Assembly (NCBI GenBank): GCA_964019335.1
Contig: OZ025663.1
Location: 372,001 to 436,000, forward strand
From: Diplonema japonicum
Lineage: Eukaryota > Protista > Euglenozoa: Diplonemea
DNA: 64,000 bases
Direction of reading: 5' to 3'
The notes beneath the pieces are model-generated. The model saw nothing but the letters and a program-made list of their open reading frames with translations, was not told the origin of the DNA and did no database searches. How positions within the stretch are numbered: the stretch's first letter is position 1; each line of letters starts with the position of its first letter. A program made the position numbers and the translations under genes. This document shows positions 12,001 to 19,288 of the stretch, piece after piece.

Positions 12001-12049
12001 CTTACCTCAAGCCGTCGGTTCGACTGAGCTTTCCCCCTACCTTGGATGA
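6074..12049 (+). CDS. Large protein: CLU (clustered mitochondria)-like domain, about nine 45-50-aa G/W repeats and a WWE-like domain
   Basis: 1991-aa ORF. YILDLGGVRVLV and LHKNGCNCRLMG..IEMVARTFRSIL resemble CLU motifs. Repeats have consensus FD..(Y/F)G...G..V...G.(I/V)(I/L)GV...LW. WEYQN..KWKVF..IDF...RPVRK is WWE-like. Confidence 0.75.
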   Translation: MNSLDTLTPENCSFIPSKSEFQYSVKVQRLVPLWVAIKDVVKEMEKAGEGRVEEGDEGGTKSPRKKRKKKGRKRKGKKTFNSSERTEDDKQGQRPSCMGAKTQQNAVTMPVSSAPIPLRDGSVYNKQCKDACHPHPFDKPPSLPVLPAQQGTNPAPPALSYLFDVTSAYITSLRTQTLQGWSLVIESMVNETLSTATALAEEAHSPRSQAMYCKTIGRYRYKVNVWGERGTTIVGSLEGYTKILKHELHGAEMLETAASEKLFTPPSYILDLGGVRVLVVALVNTSSKCMAGSEDVRLGVQTEADIAPDNDNHPHPVIARPPPALTVELASVAATIHLSGHWAERLHRRRFLHTPIDMTVYRYGSGGYGWVALKTRRVVPPSAFGFRNENYLVSRVRRELLALHNVALSSDALSPFGDNRRNWHDGKVRSLSAKLLSTLPAISAQLDDELTKTPDTKLYLRVATAGGLLVFLHKNGCNCRLMGLILSHCTSKAAATSLQIEMVARTFRSILHHLHKSTDVEDAFHMLFETLDGNDFAAHLLEKYPHCPSFVPSELPHDMLLSAIGRVAGLSYTEGLPFKYHPEIGVQWVERITCRRAPWSGGEDSPAKLHKVKCHLEGKFEESPTPSLGVALVTMKLARKAHGMTHKFRYISHTGSTILLDISQKALQPWNVHFGMMLSQSEDGGSPSIVLGVYQCRLWRQEDGVDGARSFHVTTFRELMERYCSTWVGDTLPLVRKKRRAARCMKGLAPTGVLRLGSRGFIQRFVTTPHLVKKYGFNSGDVLQYTRTPLRGVTTTVLGYFNAVLWVHDDTEGFPKPLQGSSFHEIQSTFGFRLLGKTTLQNHPTDSITVEGQQLRVAYRVLNKYGVQHSQIVQFTNGEFEGKKCVVLGVGLDALWVDMMCSKTPLTRIDPRMLPGKVLGTTSLPVSIPDIQYAPLTYPVVPHGDIKEFDTRTSACLRFGVFHSQRFKIVRDRYATCMGTVIGVRDNMVWGHIDGAKGASVLDKGSLRILAMSFKDTVVKPAALPRQWRRLQGALNMLGSNILEKKTHFVKRSETPKPVLDRQRNDTGVRCLSVIGEVLKFYTSYEICAKYGYHFGQLVEVDGVEGTIIGVALGELWWKETTSLACKPLAGGNKQTITANHTVIIKGIAPDFTEFYDSLMHPTAVVLRSNTHASFLLPEIAYEEDAEGALMGLSVGKELLAFNFMPSRIIELASIRLPDGSVARRYTEGMVPTATVAGVSKGELWVRMDGCSYVEPIPRAEVELWTVVQVENKLMKSKSGDADAVRRSTIQGDAMLLVQPDVNFSKHFEPCCHIWEYQNPGKNTKWKVFTNWQDIDDGSRGGAQLLTVHDAALRCDVTIDFVKLTASVRGSVVDDRPVRKREAFSVVEYAKAMRFVDLSAGGKWHSLLCEKIRSAYQATHMCQPREDGTRCPVLEKEELMSIAEPVVSSLFNIYKIIVEEYCCDVDPRKVLRTVAAYSPVNRLLLCRWVLLSHGIRLGEGENLEKAALLWGAYERYKEVTLSLPPSADLQELIKGMIEATAGSEMVEREKIRNDEIQEAGVMLVVLAQVKQGCHKGNVYSEVALEEKIAKAMKETVAKPAPLAQPTAKQPSKRTKQNWQGGEVRLKNRHDTHVYVDTTGDIYFDITPEACQPFGYEAGDLVRCGFGDLKGNEAIILGVNNAALWRYDVSTRRAHPFEGTSKRDIDRRHNLQVVSSKHPLPRHDPFPFVLEDSRVEYFDISSETLQEYGLHHGERYAVDGHGVVTVIGQFEGTVWFASDWSGAFTIPGFWDLSPAILYATTVRAYQSKEKLSAKAKLNEDTVIALDITKHELNKHSVVLGAVVEHHGEECPVCGVQRGTVYVMVGNTVTGLEKGTLSLTGEVIDVPVEHIEFKEDSDVSSFRYLGPSGAVRTFDRKPGNLRLWGVQANDIIQFGAGIYEDSTAIVVGIREGHLWVDFNNGIAVPITAPTAKAFRADYLPQAVGSTELSPYLG

Positions 12050-12152
12050 CGACGGTTTACACTGTTACTCTGTGTTATTATCTTTTTGTTTTCATGCACC
12101 TTTCCTCCACTCGCTTTTGTAAAAAAATAATTATCTTTAAGAATCGGGTGCT

Positions 12153-12713
12153 ATGCTGGGTGTTATGCCGAGGAGAAGCAATAGAACCTGTAAATGGGTA
12201 AAATGGTACTCGGAGCTCCACGGCGCCCTGCCTGAAATACCTAAAAATCGAGTTGGGCGCACCGCACAACACAGCAAGGAGGAAAAGATGCAGGTAGGGC
12301 ACGATTGTGTTGACCCTGAGGGGAAGAGATTGTGCAAAGAGATAGATGACGAATACAGGAAAATAAAAAGTACCCTCCCTGCTCACAAGGTCTCGGAACC
12401 TTTGGAACTGCCCGAAATATACTCTTGCAGAAGGAATGCGCGCAGGCACACCACCCCCCCGCCCGAGTTGCCCAGCTGCGGGAAAACCTCGTTTCAGCCT
12501 CCGACGCCTCTGGAGGCATTTCGTTATAACACAACCGGAAAGCGGCACCCTGCCTACTGTAATCTGACACCTGAGATGGAGGGGAAAATGAAGGATCTGA
12601 GCAGATACGAAAAGGACCGCAAGGCGTATGAACGGCAACTCGAGGGGTTGAAACTGTTACTGGAATGCGGCCCCATGGGACAACACTTGTCGATGGTGCA
12701 CGGGATGATATGA
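12153..12713 (+). CDS. Hypothetical protein, 186 aa
   Basis: ATG-initiated ORF filling the gap between two + strand genes, with coding-like composition and no homopolymer runs. Confidence 0.6.
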   Translation: MLGVMPRRSNRTCKWVKWYSELHGALPEIPKNRVGRTAQHSKEEKMQVGHDCVDPEGKRLCKEIDDEYRKIKSTLPAHKVSEPLELPEIYSCRRNARRHTTPPPELPSCGKTSFQPPTPLEAFRYNTTGKRHPAYCNLTPEMEGKMKDLSRYEKDRKAYERQLEGLKLLLECGPMGQHLSMVHGMI

Positions 12714-12812
12714 CCCCCCCCTCTTTTTTTGGTTTCCACCAATTTTTTTTGTACCCCCCCTCCCATCCTTCTTCCATCTACGGCATTCCAATATCTGAAC
12801 AGAAGGGGGAAA

Positions 12813-13535
12813 ATGCTACAAAGCGGCCTTGGTAGACAGCTGAGATGGGCAGGGAGGGCGAGCGGGCTCAGTTCGGACCTTTTCACGCCAAAGGGGCAGA
12901 TGACTGGTGTTGGATCAGAGGCGAAGTTTAACATAACATCTCTTGGATGTGTGTTGGATCGGCACACGGTGCAGTGGGACGGATTCACAAATGCACGCCA
13001 GACTGGGATGAGGATGTTCGGAGCGTGGTGGAGCATGCAGGAGGTAAAGAGGCGGCGTGACGACTTGGAACAGGAAGGGCTTGAGACTTTGTTCAAACAG
13101 TACCAGACTGCGCTGGCCACCAACGACCTTTCGTCGCTCAAAGATGTGCTTTCAGTGTACGAGTTCTCACATGTGGAGGAACGTATAAAGGCCGAGAAGA
13201 AAAACCGCACACTAAAAGAGATCACCGACAAACCCACAGCGGTAGTGAGCGTGACGAAGTTCACAATTGTCTGCTACCAGCAGCTGGAGTTCGAAGGGAC
13301 GGATTACTTCCAGCTGAACGTTCGCTTCCAAGGCAACACAACTATCACGTCTCCTCTCAAGGGTGAGAAAATCGAGCCGTTTGACACCTACGTTGCCTTC
13401 GAGGTCGCACAGGCATCGCATGCTTCCAACAACGTGTTCTCCCCCCTTCGCATCGCAGGTACGTACACTCACCTCGGGGAGAGAATAGGTGTTGACCATG
13501 TGGATCCGGGCCTCTACAAGCAAGCAATGGCTTAG
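12813..13535 (+). CDS. Tim44/mL45-like domain protein with probable mitochondrial presequence
   Basis: Starts MLQSGLGRQLRWAGRAS (Arg-rich, no acids). LFKQYQTALATNDLSSLKDVLS..FQLNVRFQG..YVAFE follows the Tim44 C-terminal domain pattern. Confidence 0.65.
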   Translation: MLQSGLGRQLRWAGRASGLSSDLFTPKGQMTGVGSEAKFNITSLGCVLDRHTVQWDGFTNARQTGMRMFGAWWSMQEVKRRRDDLEQEGLETLFKQYQTALATNDLSSLKDVLSVYEFSHVEERIKAEKKNRTLKEITDKPTAVVSVTKFTIVCYQQLEFEGTDYFQLNVRFQGNTTITSPLKGEKIEPFDTYVAFEVAQASHASNNVFSPLRIAGTYTHLGERIGVDHVDPGLYKQAMA

Positions 13536-13727
13536 GAAGGAAAAGTGAAGACATGACATCATTGATAGGGAAGGGGTGGGGGGAACCTCCCCCTGTTTAG
13601 TTTTTTTTTGTTCTGGCAAACGTGTTTTTTCGGGGCTGCGGCACGTACAAACAACGGCCAGTTTGATATGGTTTTTTTTTTTTTTTTTTTTTTTTTTTAT
13701 ATTTTTTCATTTTCTTTTTTTCGTCGG

Positions 13728-13761
<34 letters not shown>

Positions 13762-13801
13762 AAAAAATCGTTCGTAGGGGGAGGGAAAAAAAAAAGGAAA
13801 A

Positions 13802-14423
13802 ATGACGACGGCTCACCGCCCCACGTTCAACTCGGTCATTGCATCGAGTACCCCTGGGGGGAACAGACAGAGAGTTGCATCTCAGCATATCCGTGTGAGG
13901 GATCTTCCCGGCGAGACTAACCTGAAGATGAGGACGGATTTGATTGGAAAGACGGTTACCGCTCCGAAAGATGAGAAGAAGGAGGTGAAGCCAAAGGCAG
14001 CACCAAGTGGTAAGGATGCCGATGTGGAGCTGGATAGCAGTGAAGAAGGTAATGTAGGGGGAGCAAAAAAAAACAAAGCAAAAAAAAAAAATAGATACGG
14101 ATTCCGACGAAGATGATGAATTGGAACGAGAGCTGGCGAAAATAAAGGCAGAGCGGCAAGAAGACGCCCTTCGGAAAGAACGGGAAGACGCCGAACGGAA
14201 AGAAAAGGAAAAAGAAGAAGCAATTCTGAAAGGCAACCCGCTGTTGCACATGGACAGCGATGATGAAGAGGAGGAAGTAGGCACATCAACGAAGAGACGT
14301 TGGGATGACGACGTTATCTTCAAAAATCAAGCGCGCAACGAGCCGGAAGCGAAGAAGAGATTCATCAACGACTCCGTGAGGAACGACTTCCACAGAAAAT
14401 TCATGGACCGCTACATGTTGTGA
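13802..14423 (+). CDS. CWC15: Pre-mRNA splicing factor Cwc15/Cwf15; exons 13802-14048, 14095-14423
   Basis: MTTAHRPTF N-terminus, ELAKIKAER, GNPLL, KRRWDDDVIFKNQAR and FINDSVRNDFHRKFMDRY. Two ORF-track pieces are joined by one intron. Confidence 0.95.
14049..14094 (+). other. Spliceosomal intron, 46 nt, phase 1, poly-A, no pyrimidine tract
   Basis: G|GTAATGTAGGGGGAGC(A)9C AAAGC (A)12 TAG|AT. Required to join the two conserved halves of Cwc15. Confidence 0.9.
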
Positions 14424-14548
14424 TCGGAAGAGGCAGGGTCATGGGAGGGGCTACCCCTCCACAAAAAAAAAAGTGTCTATCTGCATAAAACTGTCTTTTC
14501 TTTACCCACATTCATATTTATCTTAGGAGCACCCCCTCACCCCACTCC

Positions 14549-17107
14549 ATGGCTGCAATCGTGTTCACCGCTGTCCTTTCTGTGGTTCTCGACTTCAGCA
14601 CGCTTGACTGGTCACTGACGAATGGAAATGCGACTCTGAAGACGAAGGGGCAGATACCCTCCAGTGTGCACATGGATCTGCTGGCTGCAGGGATTATAGA
14701 AGAACCTTACAAGCTGTACAATGATGTGAACCAGAGGTGGATCACAAAGGAGAACTGGACGTACTCCTCCACCTTCAACATTAAGAGGCACGCCAGGAAC
14801 AGTCTCACGCTGGTGGCGGAAGGTGTCGACACACGTGCGGACATTCGGATCAACGACAAGCTCGTCCTTTCCACCGACAACATGTTCACTCGCTACGAAG
14901 TACTCGTCGACCACACTGTTCTGAAAGACGAGGGCAACCACATCACCATCAAGTTTTTCAGCCCCTTCTGGTACGCTCAGAACCAAGCTGACACATACCC
15001 CAACCCCCCCTCCGACGGTATCCCCCCCGGCTGTCCTCCAGCATCGTACAACGGCATCTGCCACGGCAATTTCATGCGCAAAGAACCCTCTTCCTTTGGT
15101 TGGGACTGGGGGCCCGCCTTCGCCCCGTCGGGCGTTTACAAGGCGATGTACTTCATGGAGAACGAGACCCCGCTGCAGGCAACGATGCGGGTGAAGAAGG
15201 GGGATCAGGACTGGAACCTCGAAGTGCTTCTCACTAAGACAGAGAAGGAAATCGCAACACTAACTGTGATAGGTAGTGACGGGTCGACAAAGGCAACGCA
15301 CACGGGCATCGAGTCAGTTATCAATCTGAGCGTGCAGAACGTGTCCACCTGGTGGCCGAGGGGGTACGGTGACCAGCCGCTGTACACAGTGACCGTAGTT
15401 GTAGGGACTCAAGTCCTCAAGAAGCACATCGGGTTCCGCACTGTGGAGCTCGTGCAGGACGAGACACTGGACATGTCTGGAAGGACTTTCTACTTCAAGG
15501 TGAACGGTGTTGGCGTCTTTATGAAAGGCGCGAACTTCGTTCCTGCAGACGCTTTCGAGACCCGTGTCACGCACGACCGCCTTGAAGACCTGTTCAACTC
15601 CTTCTACGATGCCAACTTCAATGCCATCCGTGTGTGGGGCGGCGGTGTCTACCAGCAGGATTATTTCTACGACCTTGCTGACAAGCACGGGATTCTGCTA
15701 TGGCAGGAATCTATGTTTGCTTGTGCAATGTACCCTGCTGACGACAGCTTCCTGTCGTCTGTGGAGGCAGAGATCACACACCAAGTGAACCGCCTAACAC
15801 ACCACCCGTCGTTGGTCGTGTGGAGCACGAACAACGAGAACGAAGCTGCCCTGGTGCAGGACTGGTACGGGAAGACGAGCCCTGCTGAGAACCCCGAGTA
15901 CACAGACATGTACAGGAACTTATACTGGAAGACTATTCTTTCCAACATAACCTCCTTGGATGACAGGCCCGTGCTGGCATCCTCGCCATCAGCTGGGTGG
16001 AAGGAGACAGAAGCGAATCCAGTTCTCAGCGAGTGCAACGACGACAACAACGGCGACGTGCACTACTACGACTACACCAGCGACTGCTGGGATGTCACGA
16101 AGCTGAAGTCCCCCCGCTTCGCGTCTGAGTTCGGTCTCCAGTCGTGGTCGTCGTACGAGTCGCTGCAGAGCGTGGCAGCGGACAGCGACCTGGCGTGGGG
16201 ATCCGCATGGACACAGCAACGCCAGCATTGCGACCCGAACAACTGCGGCAACAATGCCATGAAGGCGCAGGCGTCGCTGCACTACAGGTGGCCGTCGAAC
16301 TTCACCGATCAGATTTACATGACGCAAGTGCAGCAGGCGTATTGCATTCGGGTGCAGGTTGAGCACCACAGAAGGAACAGAGACGCAGGGCCGCACACAA
16401 TGGGGACGCTGTTCTGGCAAGCGAACGATGCATGGCAGACAGTGTCATGGTCGTCGCTGGAGTACAACACGCAGTGGAAGATGCTGCACTACTACGCTCA
16501 GCTGTTCTACGCCGACATGATGCTCTCGGCACACATCGAGACAGAGGAGTACCAGGTGATGGCTGTAAACGACAGGGGCATCGAGGTGGGGGGTCTCGCT
16601 CAATTCAAACTGTATAAATGGAGTGGCGGCAACCCGTACACATGGGTGGTACCTTTTTCGGTAGAGGCACGGGAGTCCGTCATGGTCGAGAAGGGCAAGG
16701 TCAACGATCTCATCAAGCAGAACGATTGCGGTGCTGCTGCGGAATGCGTGCTTTACTACTCACTCACGGAGGACAGTGGCCATGTTACTTACGAGAACTT
16801 CCTTCTCCTTGACAGTCCAAAGCTGTCCATCACCCTTGGTAACCCAAACCTTAGAATTCAAAACGTTGTTCAAAGCGGACCTCGCAGCTATCAGCTGACC
16901 ATTGTTGGCGAACGTAATGCGCCATTCACGTGGCTTTCTTTCCTCCCCACCAACCGGGAAGCCCCCGCCCCAGTTAGATGGTCCAGGAACGGTTTCCTTT
17001 ACACTACTGACGTGCCTATTGTAGTCACTCTTGAATGTAACGAGAAGCTTTCGGTAGGAGACGTGGCTGCAAGAACTATGATTCGCTCCTTGGGGTCGTT
17101 ATCATAG
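14549..17107 (+). CDS. MANBA: Beta-mannosidase, glycoside hydrolase family 2, with signal peptide
   Basis: RKEPSSFGWDWGPAF, FMKGANFVP, IRVWGGGVY, WSTNNENE (acid/base), GDVHYY, RFASEFG (nucleophile) and WQAND. Hydrophobic N-terminus. Confidence 0.93.
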   Translation: MAAIVFTAVLSVVLDFSTLDWSLTNGNATLKTKGQIPSSVHMDLLAAGIIEEPYKLYNDVNQRWITKENWTYSSTFNIKRHARNSLTLVAEGVDTRADIRINDKLVLSTDNMFTRYEVLVDHTVLKDEGNHITIKFFSPFWYAQNQADTYPNPPSDGIPPGCPPASYNGICHGNFMRKEPSSFGWDWGPAFAPSGVYKAMYFMENETPLQATMRVKKGDQDWNLEVLLTKTEKEIATLTVIGSDGSTKATHTGIESVINLSVQNVSTWWPRGYGDQPLYTVTVVVGTQVLKKHIGFRTVELVQDETLDMSGRTFYFKVNGVGVFMKGANFVPADAFETRVTHDRLEDLFNSFYDANFNAIRVWGGGVYQQDYFYDLADKHGILLWQESMFACAMYPADDSFLSSVEAEITHQVNRLTHHPSLVVWSTNNENEAALVQDWYGKTSPAENPEYTDMYRNLYWKTILSNITSLDDRPVLASSPSAGWKETEANPVLSECNDDNNGDVHYYDYTSDCWDVTKLKSPRFASEFGLQSWSSYESLQSVAADSDLAWGSAWTQQRQHCDPNNCGNNAMKAQASLHYRWPSNFTDQIYMTQVQQAYCIRVQVEHHRRNRDAGPHTMGTLFWQANDAWQTVSWSSLEYNTQWKMLHYYAQLFYADMMLSAHIETEEYQVMAVNDRGIEVGGLAQFKLYKWSGGNPYTWVVPFSVEARESVMVEKGKVNDLIKQNDCGAAAECVLYYSLTEDSGHVTYENFLLLDSPKLSITLGNPNLRIQNVVQSGPRSYQLTIVGERNAPFTWLSFLPTNREAPAPVRWSRNGFLYTTDVPIVVTLECNEKLSVGDVAARTMIRSLGSLS

Positions 17108-17378
17108 GGGATGGGAACGGGACGGGGAACGCGGAAAATAATTGTATTATAACTTACAAACTTATTTTTGGACGCTGGAAAAAGAAAAGAAAAGAAGAAA
17201 ACCCAAGGAAAAAAAAAAAAGAAGAAGAACTCAAGGGAAAGGGATGAAGAAGAAAAAGGTGCGTGTTTTAATATTTTTTTTTTATCTGTTTCAACATCTT
17301 TTTTCCCCTCCCCAATATGTTGCGTGAAAGGTTCTGTAGTTCGTTACCTCACCCCTCTCAAAAAAGAAAAAAAAGTCT

Positions 17379-17427
<49 letters not shown>

Positions 17428-17942
17428 CCCCTTATCGAACTACAGCAATTAGTGCTGTATTCAATTAGGGTGTTGTTTACTCTGGGTAAACCAGAAGTCA
17501 GCTTGTGTGTTGACATTGTCTAAGAAAGAAAGCAAAAAAAAAAAGAAAAAAAAGGGGGGGAGGGGAGAAGAAGAAAAAAGATAAATCTCAAGTTAACGAA
17601 GATAATGTATTGTTCGCCCGTGTGGGCGTTCTGTTGTGTGTACCTGAGGTCGTGAAATCGAGGTTTTGCTTTGCTGCTTCATATCTCCTGTGTCGATGCC
17701 TCCTCCTCATGTAGTAATAGTGGCGGGAATGGACACAGATGGTGAATTTGGAGGAATTCTCAACGAATGCCCTGGGAAGAAGAAAAAAAAAGGGGGGTAC
17801 ACCCGCGAGTGTGGAATCAGTTTCCTTGAAATGTAAGAACCAGTCTTTTTTCTTTTTTTTTTTTGTCTTTTTTTATATGTGTGCACAAAACAAGTGCTAA
17901 AAAAAAAAACTGACTTTTTTTTTCTCTTTCTTTCTTTTTTTA

Positions 17943-18437
17943 GCAGGGGTCGGTGACTAGACTAGAGCTAGTGATAGATTTCGAGCTGACGAGTGGGGTG
18001 TACGTTTTGGGCAGGCAAGGCGACATCACCAAGAGGGCCAACCGATTGGCAAAAATAATTGAAAGACTGATGGGCGCAGCCGAGGCACACGCACCAAAGC
18101 CGTTCATGCCCAAGGAAATAACTGAATCCGTAGCATTACGATCGATAGGTGCACCCAAGCGACTGAAGGGGTACACCGGAAGGCCGAAATTCGCATCCAG
18201 CAGAACGTGCGAAATTCTGGAAAGACAATGCGCAGTACCGACTGCACAGAGAAAAGAGTGGTCCGACCCCTTCGTGCCCGACTACAGAGCACAACAACCT
18301 ACTAGAACGCAGTCCACCCTTCCCGCAGCCATGCATCCTTCAGCACAGAAGGGTAGCAACATCCGCTAGCGCGGTTAAGAAGTTGCTCGTACGCCAGGCG
18401 GTTTATGAAGCAACCAAAGTCATTCTTCTTCTTTTTT
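17943..18437 (+). mobile_element. Probable decayed retroposon fragment ending in a shared ~50-nt 3' motif plus a (TTC)n/T tail
   Basis: High-complexity island in a homopolymer-rich spacer. 18381-18437 matches 62592-62657 (GTACGCCAGGCGGTT..ATGA..CCAAAGTCATTCTTCTTC). The contained ORF lacks an ATG at its start. Confidence 0.5.
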
Positions 18438-18530
18438 CTTAACTGTCAAAGCTGGCTGATCACGCAGCGGTTTTTTTCTGGTTTTTCTTCTTTTCTTTTC
18501 GTGGCGCTGCGCGGTTGCTGATTACACAAC

Positions 18531-18574
<44 letters not shown>

Positions 18575-19288
18575 ATGAAATCTAGAGGTTGCTGAGGGGA
18601 AGGAAAAAAAAAAGAGGGGGAAAAAAAAAAGGGAATACTAAGGGGGTCCCTAACGTATGCACTTCTCATGTGCACCTCCTTCTTGGTGTTCGATCTATAG
18701 ATCTCCGAATGCCGTGTTGTAGAAGATGAAGAAAAAACAAAAGGAATTGTACGTTTTCTTCTTTCTAGTCCATGTGCTCCATCAAGAAGGAAGGCCTTTC
18801 TCTTGTTATACTCCCCCTTTTTCTTTTCCCTCTCTCTTTTTGTTCCACCAAAAAGCTCCCAAAAGAACCCATTATGACTTAAGTCGCCCTTTCTGTTTCC
18901 TCCCCCTCCCCCTTTTTTAAATCAATCTTTGCCAGTCGGTCCTGACACACATTGCAGGTTTTTTTAATGTTTTTTTTTTTTTTTTTTTTTAAATCCACCT
19001 CTCGTTTATTCTGTTGTTTCCCTCAGAGTGGTACCACCTTTTTCTTCTTCTTCCCCCCCCCCCTTTTTTTTCTTTTATTCTTCTTTCCCCCATGTCCTCT
19101 TTTATTCACTTCCAGGCTTCCATTTTCCAGCCTTCGGTATTTCATTTATTTGCTCTTTTCCCCCCCCTCCCTCCTTGCACTGCAGTCAGTTGGCCGGCTT
19201 CGGTGAGCACGTAGTGAAGAAAAAAGGTGAAAAAAAAAAAAAAGAAAAACCAAAGTCTGTTTTATTTATCTTGAAGAGAAAAACAAAA

